This document shows, in pieces, positions 11,273-21,634 of a stretch of DNA of 64,000 nt (position 1 is its first letter; each line of letters begins with the position of its first letter). The notes beneath the pieces were generated by a model, which did no database searches, was not told the DNA's origin, and saw only the letters and a program-made list of their open reading frames with translations. Position numbers and translations under genes: made by a program. Origin of the DNA: Terriglobia bacterium (GTDB lineage Bacteria > Acidobacteriota > Terriglobia > 20CM-2-55-15). The stretch is taken from NCBI GenBank assembly GCA_965218585.1, contig CBDCLE010000003.1, forward strand, positions 256,001-320,000, read 5' to 3'.

Positions 11273-12487
11273 TTACCGAGGCAGCCCGAAGCCGGATTCA
11301 GCGTCATCGCGACTACTGACTTGGAGTCCGTAGCCCTCCCCTTCGGTATCGACCCAGTCCATCAAATTTTGGAAAGCTGTTTGGTAGTGTGTCAGATTTT
11401 CTTCCAACCGGCGTGCGTGTTCGTTTCCAAGACGGCCGCTTCTCCCGATGTCCTCGATCAGGACGTACAACTCCTCCATTGTTTCTTTCAAGTCCTCAAC
11501 GAGTCGGTCGGAGTCAGCCGACAGTGAAGGCGCAGCTCGCAACAGCTCGATCGAACCGCCAAGCCTCGACGACAAGCCTTCGTTCTCTCGAACAGCGTCT
11601 CCGTCCCTGATTGTTCGCCGTGTCACGCCAAAACTTCTTTGTGCCGTATTTACGGCTTGGATGAACTGTTCTGTTGCAGGTTGCCTTCCGAGGAGCGGAT
11701 TCCAGGAGCGTGCAAGGTTGGAGAGGCGGAACCGGGGACCGTCGTAGTGGACGCCGACCTGGTAGAAACCAAGCAGCACCGATGCGATCGCCAGTGAACG
11801 GGACAGTTGGAAAAGACCGGGAGTTCGGCTACCAGGGGTTTCGAACCTAAAGATTGCCGCCAGGGTCATACCCGCGATCAAGCCACCAATATGGGCGGCG
11901 TTGTCTATGACCGGGATAGCAAAGCCGATGATCAGGTTGATCACGATTACGGGAAGAATTCCGACGCGAATTGCGCGCCCGAGGAACCGGGGCACTGTGT
12001 GTCGATGGCGAACGCCAAATACAAACAGCACACCAAAGAGACCAAAAATTGCACCCGAGGCGCCCGCCGAGAGAGCGTTCGGAGAAAAAAGGTAGCTGCC
12101 GACGACTCCCGCGATTCCCATCACGACGTACAGGGTGACGAAACGCGCACTGCCATAGAGGCGCTCTACCTGCTGTCCGACGATCCACAACGCATAGGAA
12201 TTCAGAACCAGATGCAGGATGCCGATATGAATGAAGACCGGCGTGACGAACCGCCAGATCTCTCCCTGATCAATGGCCGCGTTGGACTTCACGCCAAATG
12301 CCATCAGGGTGGCTTCATTCATGCTGCCACCCGAGATTTCCATCAGCAGGAAGATCGCCAGGTTGATCGCCACCAGGATGTATGTGAAGGGAACGCTGCG
12401 TTTCCTTAGATCTGCGATAAAGAGAAGGTCGGGATCGAGAGGAATTTCAGTTGCTTGGGGGTGGGGAGGTGAGTTTGGAAGCGTCAT
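11273..12487 (-). CDS. Rhomboid-family intramembrane serine protease with C-terminal soluble extension
   Basis: WRFVTPVFIHIGILHLVLN, catalytic GASG and AHIGG motifs, followed by about 150 aa of helical tail. Confidence 0.92.
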   Translation of the reverse strand: MTLPNSPPHPQATEIPLDPDLLFIADLRKRSVPFTYILVAINLAIFLLMEISGGSMNEATLMAFGVKSNAAIDQGEIWRFVTPVFIHIGILHLVLNSYALWIVGQQVERLYGSARFVTLYVVMGIAGVVGSYLFSPNALSAGASGAIFGLFGVLFVFGVRHRHTVPRFLGRAIRVGILPVIVINLIIGFAIPVIDNAAHIGGLIAGMTLAAIFRFETPGSRTPGLFQLSRSLAIASVLLGFYQVGVHYDGPRFRLSNLARSWNPLLGRQPATEQFIQAVNTAQRSFGVTRRTIRDGDAVRENEGLSSRLGGSIELLRAAPSLSADSDRLVEDLKETMEELYVLIEDIGRSGRLGNEHARRLEENLTHYQTAFQNLMDWVDTEGEGYGLQVSSRDDAESGFGLPR

Positions 12488-12508
12488 GGTGCCTGTCGAG
12501 AACCAGGG

Positions 12509-13477
12509 TTATTCGGAATCGCTTCGCAAAGTTTCTGCTATTTCACGGGCGGCCTGACGCGCTTCGTCCAATCTTTCGGGTTCAAACGATATTGCAGCTA
12601 CGACGGCATGGCCGCCTCCTCCATAGCGTTCGCAAATTTCCGCCAGGTTGTGTCGTAGTTCGGTCTGTGTCCAGGGGTTTGTTCCTACCGAGACTTTTGC
12701 CCGCGATGGTTCCAGGCTGACACCAACGGTGTAGGACGATTCAGGAAAGATATGATACGGAATGAACTTGTTGTGGCCCGTAATAGACGACTCGCTGATG
12801 TCGAACTCGACGACTCCACCATTCGATGTCATCGCGCTCCTCAATACTTCAATGGAATCGAGGTGTTTTTCGAAAAGGCGATCGAAATGCCCTTTCACGG
12901 TAGGCTGGGCAGCTACCTCTGCCAGCGTCTGTGATTCCAGCCACTCGATGATGTTGCCGATAAGCTCTGGATCCCGAATGGATTCGATGACCAGCATCAA
13001 CTGCAAAGCGGGTTCCTTCAATTCGACGGCCGTTTGCGCATCCTTGAACTGGGCTCCGTCAATGATGTCCGCCCAGTGGATCAACTCGTTCAGGTGATCC
13101 ATCGGGGTACTGAAAACGGTCTCGCTTATGTGCCGTATAAACTTGGTGCAGGATCGGTAGTTCGGATCATGGAACTTACGTCCGCTGTTGTCGTTGCGGA
13201 AGTGGATCTCGTCTTCCGGCGACAGAAACGCGCTCTGGTGGTGGTCGAACCACCATGTCAGTCTGTCCGACGAACTGTATTTAAAGTCGAGGATGACGTT
13301 TACTTTTGCCTGGAGTATGTCTTCGAGGCGATAGGCTCCCGCTCCGTGCGCAACCCCTTTGTATTCGAAGCGCGCTTCCCCATCAACCGCCAGGCGATAG
13401 AAACTTGAAAACACCGTCGACGAGGCCACGCCGTCGAAGCAATTGTCATGATGCAGGACGCGGACGCTCTGGTTCAT
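12509..13477 (-). CDS. DHH/DHHA1-family phosphoesterase
   Basis: HxxCFDG, ILDF, WFDHH and C-terminal GGGH motifs. Confidence 0.85.
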   Translation of the reverse strand: MNQSVRVLHHDNCFDGVASSTVFSSFYRLAVDGEARFEYKGVAHGAGAYRLEDILQAKVNVILDFKYSSSDRLTWWFDHHQSAFLSPEDEIHFRNDNSGRKFHDPNYRSCTKFIRHISETVFSTPMDHLNELIHWADIIDGAQFKDAQTAVELKEPALQLMLVIESIRDPELIGNIIEWLESQTLAEVAAQPTVKGHFDRLFEKHLDSIEVLRSAMTSNGGVVEFDISESSITGHNKFIPYHIFPESSYTVGVSLEPSRAKVSVGTNPWTQTELRHNLAEICERYGGGGHAVVAAISFEPERLDEARQAAREIAETLRSDSE

Positions 13478-13487
13478 TGCCTAACCA

Positions 13488-14666
13488 TCAACCGAGTAGA
13501 CGCTTGGCAATCGTCTGTAGTTGCATGTTCGATGTGCCTTCGTAGATTTTTCCGATTTTTGCGTCTCGAAAATATTTCTCAGCCGGATAGTCTTTCGTAT
13601 ATCCGTAACCGCCATAGATTTCCACTATCAAGGATGTCACGTCTTCGGCAACCTCGGAGGCGAAATACTTGGCCATTGCAGCTTCAGTCAGGAAGTCCTT
13701 CCCGCAATCCTTAAGCCGCGCTGCGTTGTATACCATGAGGCGGGCTGCCTCGATCCGCGTTGCCGCATGGGCCAACTGGAACTGAATCGCCTGGAATTCT
13801 GTAATGGGTTTTCCGAAAGCTCTGCGTTCCTTCGCGTATGCCGTACCGCAATCCCAGCTTCCTTGTGAAACACCTACCATCTGAGCGCCAATACCGATCC
13901 GGCCCTCGTTCAACGTCTCGATTGCAATCTTGTATCCCTTGCCGACGTTTCCCAGTACCGCAGATTTTGGAATCCGGCATCCATCGAGGAGAAGTTCGCA
14001 CGTGCTGGAAGCCCGAATTCCCAGTTTGTCTTCTTTTCTGCCGATCGTGAATCCGGGTCGATCCTTGTCGATAAGAAAAGTGGTAATGCCTTTATACCCG
14101 AGTTCAGGATTGATCGTCGCGAAAACGATGAACAGTTCTGCTTCAGCCGCGTTCGTAATCCAGAGTTTCTGACCGCTGAGAACATAGTCGTCGCCGTCTT
14201 CTGTAGCCCGGCACCGAAGCGCGAACGCGTCGCTTCCGGATTCGGCTTCCGACAACGCGTAGGCACCGACGAGGTTTTCTCCCAGGCGAGGCAGATATTC
14301 CCTCTTCTGCTTGTCATCCCCCCATCGCATGATGGCGTTGTTGACCAGTGTGTTCTGGACATCGACGAAAACTCCGAATGACGCGTCGACACGGGAAATT
14401 TCTTCGACGGCCAGAATAGACATGAAGAACGAGCCGCCAGGTCCCCCATGCGCTTCGTCGATGTGGACCCCCATCAGTCCAAGGTCGAAGAATTCCGATA
14501 TGACACCTTGGTCGAGTTTTCCCTCCTCATCCATTCGAGAGACGAGGGGGCGAATGCGTTCTTCGGCGAAGGTCCGGCACGAATCCCGGAACAGTTCCTC
14601 ATCTTCTGAAATGACCGTCAGTGGAAGCGGGACTGAAGCTTGAGCTCCCTGTTCTTCGTTCACCAT
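13488..14666 (-). CDS. Acyl-CoA dehydrogenase (short/branched-chain type)
   Basis: YALSEAESGSDA, GQKLWITNA, KLGIRASST, EGRIGI, GGYGY and IYEGTS motifs. Start taken as ATG 14666 (MVNEEQ), with CAGGAG upstream. Confidence 0.92.
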   Translation of the reverse strand: MVNEEQGAQASVPLPLTVISEDEELFRDSCRTFAEERIRPLVSRMDEEGKLDQGVISEFFDLGLMGVHIDEAHGGPGGSFFMSILAVEEISRVDASFGVFVDVQNTLVNNAIMRWGDDKQKREYLPRLGENLVGAYALSEAESGSDAFALRCRATEDGDDYVLSGQKLWITNAAEAELFIVFATINPELGYKGITTFLIDKDRPGFTIGRKEDKLGIRASSTCELLLDGCRIPKSAVLGNVGKGYKIAIETLNEGRIGIGAQMVGVSQGSWDCGTAYAKERRAFGKPITEFQAIQFQLAHAATRIEAARLMVYNAARLKDCGKDFLTEAAMAKYFASEVAEDVTSLIVEIYGGYGYTKDYPAEKYFRDAKIGKIYEGTSNMQLQTIAKRLLG

Positions 14667-14771
14667 CTTCTCCTGGCTGACGCGCTTTGAGGCGGCAGTG
14701 GATTCAAGCTGTGACGGGAAAAACTCGTCATTATAGCAGTCTGCCTCGACAACCGTTGTCGCCATCAGCGC

Positions 14772-14802
14772 TGGTCCCAATATGGGTGGTACAGGCCACT
14801 AG
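14772..14802. repeat. Half-copy of the palindromic element at 21532-21581
   Basis: TGGTCCCAATATGGGTGGTACAGGCCACTAG is 29/31 identical to 21551-21581. Confidence 0.75.
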
Positions 14803-14830
14803 GTGTCAGCGTAGTATAATTGCGTCCGAG

Positions 14831-15778
14831 ATGTCTTCCCAAGCGGGGCTGCAGGCTTATAACGACTCCGGACCCTCCCAAGATCGCGCCCGCGACGCCA
14901 GCAGAAGTTTGCGGACCGCGTTAATCATCACAGCATCCGTCCTGGTCGTCGAACTGATCGGTGGCATCTTAAGCAACTCTCTCGCCTTGTTGGCCGATGC
15001 CGGCCACATGTTTACCGACGTCGGCGCGCTCAGCTTAAGCTTCTTCGCGATCTGGTTCGCAACGCGTCCCGCGACTCCGCGTAAGACATACGGGTTTTAT
15101 CGGGTTGAAATCCTCGCGGCACTCCTGAACGGCGTTTTTCTTGTCCTGATTTCCATGTTCATTTTCTATGAGGCCTATCAGAGGCTGATGACGCCTCCCG
15201 AAGTGCGAGGAAACCTGATGCTGATCGTTGCCTCGGGAGGGCTGTTCGCAAACCTGGCCAGTGCGTACATCCTGTTCAAGAATCAGTCCCAGAGTCTCAA
15301 TGTTCGCGGCGCTTTCATCCACGTGTTGAGCGACGCCGTGGGTTCGATCGGGGCGATCCTGGCCAGTCTCGCCATTATCTTTTTCGGCTGGAACTGGGCC
15401 GACTCCGTCATCAGCGCAATCGTGGCGATTCTCATCCTTTCAAGTTCGTGGCTCCTCATTCGCGACGCGATCGACATTCTCCTTGAAGGGGCGCCGGCGC
15501 ATATCAACCTGACGACGCTCAAAGACCAGCTGGTCGGTGCCGATGGAGTGCTGTCTGTCCACGACCTCCATGTGTGGACGCTGACTTCGGGCGTGGTAGC
15601 TATGAGCTGTCACGTCGTCGTCGGGGAGGACGAACCTCCCCAATCGGCGGTCCTGGGTCGTGTCAGGGAGATTGTCCACGAACGGTTTCAAATCGATCAC
15701 ACGACGATTCAGGTTGAGAGCGGTGGACCGAACGGGGAAGACCCCGAAGTCTGCAATTGTCACTTTGGCGCCCGTTAA
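14831..15778 (+). CDS. Cation diffusion facilitator (CzcD/ZitB-like) metal transporter
   Basis: SLALLADAGHMFTD, TYGFYRVEILAA, HVLSD, VHDLHVW and HTTIQVE motifs. ATG 14831 lies 10 nt after TATAAT. Confidence 0.92.
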   Translation: MSSQAGLQAYNDSGPSQDRARDASRSLRTALIITASVLVVELIGGILSNSLALLADAGHMFTDVGALSLSFFAIWFATRPATPRKTYGFYRVEILAALLNGVFLVLISMFIFYEAYQRLMTPPEVRGNLMLIVASGGLFANLASAYILFKNQSQSLNVRGAFIHVLSDAVGSIGAILASLAIIFFGWNWADSVISAIVAILILSSSWLLIRDAIDILLEGAPAHINLTTLKDQLVGADGVLSVHDLHVWTLTSGVVAMSCHVVVGEDEPPQSAVLGRVREIVHERFQIDHTTIQVESGGPNGEDPEVCNCHFGAR

Positions 15779-15916
15779 TATGGACCTGAATGGGGCCTTC
15801 CATTACCTAGAATTTCAGGAAATCGAATGAGAGATTGCGACGTCCGGACGCCTGCGGAGTCGAAGGTCAGTGACGACGAAGGCTGAGGATCAGCAATCAT
15901 AAAAAGGAATCCCAAA

Positions 15917-17176
15917 ATGCCACAGTTCTTGCAGCTTATTTTAGTTCTGGCTCTGGCGCAGACGCCAGCCTTGGACAGTGCCAGTCCCAGAGAACGGAGC
16001 GAGGCCGTCGCCTCGATGTCGGTTCTCGGAAACCGTGATGCGGTGCCTCTCCTGGCCCAGGCTTACAAGAACGAGCAGAGCAGTGAAATCCGGACCTCTA
16101 TCGTTCGAGCCCTCGGAAGGATCCGCGACCGTTCGGCGATTCCGACGCTCAGTGAAGCTCTCCTTACCGATTTTCAACAGATGGTTCGGCTTCAGGCTAT
16201 CGACTCGCTGTTGCGGCTGTACATCCCGGTTTCCGATGAGCGGGGCTTTTTCAGTTTCATTACAGACGTGACCCGGGTCTTCAGCGAAGAAGAGCAACTC
16301 GTGGTCGGCTCGAACGTCTACGTGGACCAAACCGCAAAAGAAGTCCTTGTCGAGGCTCTCAGGAACGACTTCGATTGGGAAGTGCGGGTTGCTGCAGCGA
16401 ATGGTCTGGGATCTCTGCGCGCAGGGGATCAACTACCTGCCCTGATCGAAGAAATGGATGGACCGCGACACCGGGAAGACTGGGAGGTTCAGATCGCCAT
16501 GATCCGGACCATGGGGATCATCAGCAGTCAGGACTCGGGCCCGGTTTTGATCCGGTTCATTCGCGACGAAGATGAACGGGTTGCCCGGGAGGCGATACTA
16601 TCGGTCGGCCGCACCGGGTACCGGGCGGCATTTCCCGCACTGTCGAATCTCTTCAAAACAAGCGAAAACGACGACATGAGCGATTTGGCTCTGGAGTCGA
16701 TCACACTGCTGAGGGAACCGGACGCCGTTGGGTTATTTGAATCGCTTCTCGACAACAGAGAAGACGACTACCGTGAACTTGCGGCGCGCGGCCTGGCCCG
16801 CCTGGACTACGATGCTTCCGGGCTGATCGAACGGATCGCGGTCGAAGACGATACCGAGGTCCGCCTTGCACAGGCTTTCGCTCTGGTCGCGTCCGGGAAC
16901 TCGGACTACCTGGGACGGCTTATCGAGGCTCTCGACAGTCGGCGCGCTGGAACGGCAGAGGTCTATCTGTTCGAATTGGGTCGAGACAAAGGAAAGCTGG
17001 CGGAGTTCTATCCCCACTTGCGAAACTCCAATTCCGATATTCGCGCGAAACTTGTGGGGGTTGTTGGTCAGATCGGATTATCCGAATCCCGACCCTACAT
17101 CCAGCCCTTGACCGAAGATCCGGACGATGACGTCGTCGAGGCGGCCGTAGAAGCTCTTCGTAACCTGGCACCGTAA
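15917..17176 (+). CDS. Exported HEAT/PBS-lyase repeat protein
   Basis: N-terminal signal-like segment followed by repeated HEAT units (IRTSIVRALGRI, VRVAAANGLG, VVEAAVEALRN); AAGGA Shine-Dalgarno. Confidence 0.82.
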   Translation: MPQFLQLILVLALAQTPALDSASPRERSEAVASMSVLGNRDAVPLLAQAYKNEQSSEIRTSIVRALGRIRDRSAIPTLSEALLTDFQQMVRLQAIDSLLRLYIPVSDERGFFSFITDVTRVFSEEEQLVVGSNVYVDQTAKEVLVEALRNDFDWEVRVAAANGLGSLRAGDQLPALIEEMDGPRHREDWEVQIAMIRTMGIISSQDSGPVLIRFIRDEDERVAREAILSVGRTGYRAAFPALSNLFKTSENDDMSDLALESITLLREPDAVGLFESLLDNREDDYRELAARGLARLDYDASGLIERIAVEDDTEVRLAQAFALVASGNSDYLGRLIEALDSRRAGTAEVYLFELGRDKGKLAEFYPHLRNSNSDIRAKLVGVVGQIGLSESRPYIQPLTEDPDDDVVEAAVEALRNLAP

Positions 17177-17277
17177 AGTCTTTCTGGGCGTGGGACTGAC
17201 GTGTTTGCCGAGACTACAGCACACCGCAGTGTTCTGAGCAGTGGTTGGCTGCCCTTTGCGGTAGGGAGAAGCGACGG

Positions 17278-17745
17278 CTACTCTGGCCCGGTCTCTAGTT
17301 CCGAGATATGCAGGTGCGCCCACCGCCACTGGTTTCCTTGCCGTGTCGCAGTGATAGAAGCCCGGAAAGTGCCCGTCAGAATGGTCCCATCTGGATAAGT
17401 TGTAGCTCCTGTCGTGTAGTAGGTGGCAACTCCGGTGTCGCCGAAGATTTGCGCGTCCAGGTGATGCAGGGCAACTTCAAAGTCGAGACCCGTCTCAAAG
17501 TTGGCTCTCGCCGTGGCCAGGTCCGCGTTGGGTTGGAGCAAGGTCCCATCCCTGGGAAACTGATAACCGTCAGGAAGGAAGTAACTAGCGTAGGTTGCGT
17601 CTTCGGCGTTGAGCTTGTCGTAAAAATCCACGACGGCAGCTTCCAGGCTGGCGGCGTCCTGAGCTATGGCGGCCCCAGCCAGAACCGTACTCAGAGTCAC
17701 GGCTGCCAGCACGAGACACTGCAAAAATCGAAATGAAAATCTCAT
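17278..17745 (-). CDS. Exported NTF2-like (SnoaL/DUF4440) protein
   Basis: Signal peptide; IFGDTGVATY and QWRWAHLHIS are typical of the NTF2-like fold; AAGGAG Shine-Dalgarno. Confidence 0.75.
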   Translation of the reverse strand: MRFSFRFLQCLVLAAVTLSTVLAGAAIAQDAASLEAAVVDFYDKLNAEDATYASYFLPDGYQFPRDGTLLQPNADLATARANFETGLDFEVALHHLDAQIFGDTGVATYYTTGATTYPDGTILTGTFRASITATRQGNQWRWAHLHISELETGPE

Positions 17746-17956
17746 TGGGTCTCCTTTGCTCGGTTGTGTTAGCGGACTGGACGCAGCATAACGCGTAGGG
17801 CCGGGAGGAACAATTTTTCCTCACGGCTGGCCCCCGAGAGTGAACTGTGGATTGCTGTTCGACCCACGGTTCTAATCTCTGTTCCTGGGACGAAAGTGGC
17901 CCAAAGCCAGTGTTGACTCTTGATAATCCATCGCAGGCCGAGGAACATCGTTCGAT

Positions 17957-19384
17957 ATGAGCGTAAGAGTTCGCTTTGCTCCTTCCCCGACCGGCCACCT
18001 GCACGTTGGCGGCGCGCGCACGGCTCTGTTCAACTGGTTGTTCGCCCGAAAAATGGAAGGAACCTTCATTCTGCGGATCGAAGACACCGACAGGGAACGA
18101 TCCGATCCCGCTATGACCGAGGGAATTCTCGCCGTGATGTCGTGGATGGGGTTGGATTGGGATGAGGGTCCGTTTTACCAGTCTGAGCGGTTGGACCGGT
18201 ATCGGGATCTGGCTCGGACGTTACTCGACAACGGACACGCCTACCATTGTTTCTGTTCGCCGGACGAACTTGCAGCCAGGAGAAAGGAAGCTTCTTCTTC
18301 CAACGGCGTGTGGAAGTATCCCAGAACCTGCTTGTCTCTGGATGAGAAACAGGTGAGTGACCGACTGGAACGCGGGGAATCTGCCGCGGTCCGATTTAAG
18401 GTTCCCGAGGGGACTGTCGGTTTCAACGATTTGGTTTTCGGTGAGATCAAGAAGGGACTGGAGGAGATCGAGGACTTTGTTCTTCTGAGGTCGGATGGCC
18501 ACCCGACGTATCATCTGAGCGTTGTTGCCGACGACCTGGACATGGGGATGACCCATGTTCTACGGGGAGCCGACCACATTTCCAACACACCGAAACAGAT
18601 CCTTCTATTCGATGCGCTTGAAGCCTCGCGGCCTGAATTCGTTCACGTGCCCCTTATCCTGGGGCCCGACAAGGCTCGCCTCAGCAAACGTCACGGGGCG
18701 ACGTCTGTCTTAGCCTATCGCGACGATGGGATCTTGCCGGAAGCGTTCGACAATTTCCTTGCCTTGCTGGGTTGGTCTGATGGAAGCGACCGAGAGCTGT
18801 TCGACAAGGATGCCCTGATCGAAGCCTTTTTGCTCGACGGTATATCGAAGGCCGACGCTGTCTTCGACCCCGAGAAGCTGGGGTGGTTCAACGGGCAGTA
18901 CATCAACGGGCTCGAAACCGGCGCACTGGCCGCGCGTCTCGTTCCCGTTATGGAGAACGCGGGCTCATGGGAGACGCGGTTCGACACAACTGGTCGTGAG
19001 TGGTTTCTGTCTTTGATCGAATTGATTCGTCCACGTTTTCGCTCGTTGAACGCCTTGGCGGCGGAGATCGGTGCCTATTCCGGTGAAACCGTGGAGTACG
19101 ACGATGCCGCGCTCAAGAAATTCATGCAGGATCCGAAACTTTCCGAATACCTGCCCGAGCTTGCCGAGCGCCTGGAAAAGACGGATCCGTTCGATCTGGA
19201 AGGTACCGAAACAACCCTTCGGGAGCTGGCTGGTGAACTGGGGGTCAAAGCCGGGTTGCTCATCAACGCGGCGCGCGTTTCGCTGACGGGTAAAGCTGTG
19301 GCTCCAGGAATCTTCGACGTCATGGTCGCCCTGGGCCGGGATAAGACGGTCGGGCGACTGCGCAAGGCCGTGACCGCGTTATAA
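17957..19384 (+). CDS. gltX: Glutamyl-tRNA synthetase, copy 1
   Basis: RFAPSPTG, HVGG (HIGH motif), LRIEDTD and LSKR (KMSKS-like) motifs; anticodon-binding domain present. Confidence 0.95.
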   Translation: MSVRVRFAPSPTGHLHVGGARTALFNWLFARKMEGTFILRIEDTDRERSDPAMTEGILAVMSWMGLDWDEGPFYQSERLDRYRDLARTLLDNGHAYHCFCSPDELAARRKEASSSNGVWKYPRTCLSLDEKQVSDRLERGESAAVRFKVPEGTVGFNDLVFGEIKKGLEEIEDFVLLRSDGHPTYHLSVVADDLDMGMTHVLRGADHISNTPKQILLFDALEASRPEFVHVPLILGPDKARLSKRHGATSVLAYRDDGILPEAFDNFLALLGWSDGSDRELFDKDALIEAFLLDGISKADAVFDPEKLGWFNGQYINGLETGALAARLVPVMENAGSWETRFDTTGREWFLSLIELIRPRFRSLNALAAEIGAYSGETVEYDDAALKKFMQDPKLSEYLPELAERLEKTDPFDLEGTETTLRELAGELGVKAGLLINAARVSLTGKAVAPGIFDVMVALGRDKTVGRLRKAVTAL

Positions 19385-19394
19385 TCACGACGTT

Positions 19395-20234
19395 ATGGCC
19401 TGGTTCAAAAGGGACAAGAAGTCCATCGAAGTCGGTGAAGAACGGAAAGGCATTCCGGAGGGCCTCTGGCAGAAGTGCGTCAACTGCAAGGAGCCGGTCT
19501 GGAAGAAGGACATCGACGAGAATTTCCAGGTGTGTCCTAAATGCAATCATCACTATAAGATCGGTGCCGTTGAACGATTGAACCTCTTGTTCGATGGTTC
19601 CTGGAAGGAACTGGATGAAGGGCTGTTCTCGACCGATCCCCTCAACTTTACCGCTGCCAAACCATACAAAGAGATGCTCGATCAACTTTCGAAGAAATCT
19701 GGGCCGTTGGAAGCCGTCGTTACCGGTTACGGACGGATTGGAAAGCACGACCTGGTGGCCGCTGCGATGGAGTACGGGTTCATCGGCGGATCGATGGGTT
19801 CTGTCGTTGGCGAGAAAATTACGCGAGCTATAGAGCATGCCCTTCGTAAACGGTCGTCACTGGTGATCGTTTCCTGTTCCGGTGGCGCGCGCATGCAGGA
19901 AGGAGCCTTGAGCTTGATGCAGATGGCTAAGATTTCGGCCGCCCTTTCAAGACTCCACCGCGAGAAACTGCCCTACATTTCACTTCTGACAGATCCAACG
20001 ACAGGCGGCGTGTCGGCCAGCTTTGCCATGCTGGGCGACCTGAATATTGCTGAACCGCGAGCTCTGATCGGTTTCGCAGGCCCTCGGGTCATCGAACAAA
20101 CCATCCGGCAGACGCTTCCCGATGGATTCCAACGGAGCGAGTTCCTGCTTCAGCACGGCATGTTGGACGCAATCGTCGAACGGGGGACGCTGCCAGAATA
20201 CCTGGTTCGTTCCCTGAATTTTTTCACCGCCTAG
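19395..20234 (+). CDS. accD: Acetyl-CoA carboxylase carboxyltransferase beta subunit
   Basis: Zinc finger CVNC...CPKC, GGSMGSVVGEK, SGGARMQEG and IGFAGPRVIEQT motifs. Confidence 0.97.
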   Translation: MAWFKRDKKSIEVGEERKGIPEGLWQKCVNCKEPVWKKDIDENFQVCPKCNHHYKIGAVERLNLLFDGSWKELDEGLFSTDPLNFTAAKPYKEMLDQLSKKSGPLEAVVTGYGRIGKHDLVAAAMEYGFIGGSMGSVVGEKITRAIEHALRKRSSLVIVSCSGGARMQEGALSLMQMAKISAALSRLHREKLPYISLLTDPTTGGVSASFAMLGDLNIAEPRALIGFAGPRVIEQTIRQTLPDGFQRSEFLLQHGMLDAIVERGTLPEYLVRSLNFFTA

Positions 20235-20253
20235 TAGATTCCACGGACCACCG

Positions 20254-21534
20254 ATGGACGACGCGGATATTCGACATCTCTTTTCGCTTCGTAACGAGTA
20301 TCGATCGCTTCGTTACGATCTCAGAAATACTCAGATTCTGTGTGAGGAACTTGGGAATCCTCACACCGGTTTTCAACCAATACTGATTGCCGGAACAAAC
20401 GGGAAGGGATCCGTCGCGCGTTTGCTTGCCGAAATGGTGCCAGAGGCTGGGTTGTTCGTGTCGCCGCACCTTGAGCGGCTGAACGAACGTATTTCCATTG
20501 GTGGGAAAGAAATCGACGACTCCGAACTCGACCGCGTGCTGACCAGGGTTCGCCAGGCAGCTTCCGACGCCGAGTCACGATTGCTGTATCCCCCGACATA
20601 TTTTGAACTCGTCACGGTGGCGGCTTTCGAATACTTCAATCGACGCGTTAGCTATGCTGTGATCGAGGTGGGTCTCGGCGGGAGGCTTGACGCCACGAAT
20701 GTCCTCTCCCAGGACGTTTCCGTAATTACCAACATCGGTTATGACCACCAGGAGTATCTGGGATCTACGCTTGAAGAGATAGCGGCGGAGAAGGCCGGGA
20801 TCATCAAGTCCTCGGAGCCGGTCGTCCTCGGCACCGACTGTAACTTCCAGCCTATCCAGATCCGGGCAGGTGGACGGTCCGTGGATGCCGCCCGGTTGAA
20901 GACCCGGATCCGAGCGAGAGGAGAGGGTCTCTTCCGAGTTGATCTGGAGACGCCTATCCGCACCTACAGGGACCTCTGCCCCCAACTCCCCGGCCGTCAC
21001 CAAATCGAGAACCTGAAGGTGGCTGTTCGAGCGGCTGAGTGCCTGGAGGAGCGGGGTTGGCCAATTGATGCCGGACGGATCGAACGAGGTACGAATGAGG
21101 CCACGTGGCCGGGACGGTTGGAACGATTTTCCGAGAACCCGATGTTCCTTGTCGACGGTGGGCATAACATTGCTGCCGCCGAAGCCCTCGGTCGATATCT
21201 TGAAGAAAATATTTTCGGAAAAGTCTGGCTGATTTTTGGAGGAATGAGGGAGAAGGATTGCGTGGCGATGATCGAGGCTCTCAGGCCTCACGCCAAACGC
21301 CTGATTTTAACCAGGCCCACGAGTACGCGTTCGGCCGATCCACACAGCTTGAGCCTCCATTTCCCGGACGCCGTGATTGTCGACGCCGTCGAAGACGCCG
21401 TCTCTTATGCCAGAGGTCATGCAACTCCGGAAGAGACAGTCCTGGTAACCGGTTCGCTCTATCTTGTGGGCGAAGCCCGGGCTGTTCTCGAGGGTCGCTC
21501 GAAAAGGGAAGTTTCGGAGCAGACGGTTAAATGA
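20254..21534 (+). CDS. folC: Folylpolyglutamate synthase/dihydrofolate synthase
   Basis: IAGTNGKGS, SPHL, EVGLGGRLDATN, EKAGIIK, WPGRLE and TGSLYLVG motifs. Confidence 0.95.
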   Translation: MDDADIRHLFSLRNEYRSLRYDLRNTQILCEELGNPHTGFQPILIAGTNGKGSVARLLAEMVPEAGLFVSPHLERLNERISIGGKEIDDSELDRVLTRVRQAASDAESRLLYPPTYFELVTVAAFEYFNRRVSYAVIEVGLGGRLDATNVLSQDVSVITNIGYDHQEYLGSTLEEIAAEKAGIIKSSEPVVLGTDCNFQPIQIRAGGRSVDAARLKTRIRARGEGLFRVDLETPIRTYRDLCPQLPGRHQIENLKVAVRAAECLEERGWPIDAGRIERGTNEATWPGRLERFSENPMFLVDGGHNIAAAEALGRYLEENIFGKVWLIFGGMREKDCVAMIEALRPHAKRLILTRPTSTRSADPHSLSLHFPDAVIVDAVEDAVSYARGHATPEETVLVTGSLYLVGEARAVLEGRSKREVSEQTVK

Positions 21535-21577
21535 CCTGTACCACCCATAGTGGTCCCAACATGGGTGGTACAGGTCA
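21532..21577. repeat. Perfect 17-bp inverted repeat (REP-like) at the end of folC
   Basis: TGACCTGTACCACCCAT (21532-21548), a 12-nt loop, then ATGGGTGGTACAGGTCA (21561-21577). Confidence 0.85.
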
Positions 21578-21634
21578 CTAGATGAGGGCGGAGGGTTGAT
21601 CGGCCCGAGTACCCTTAATGGCGCAAGAACACAA

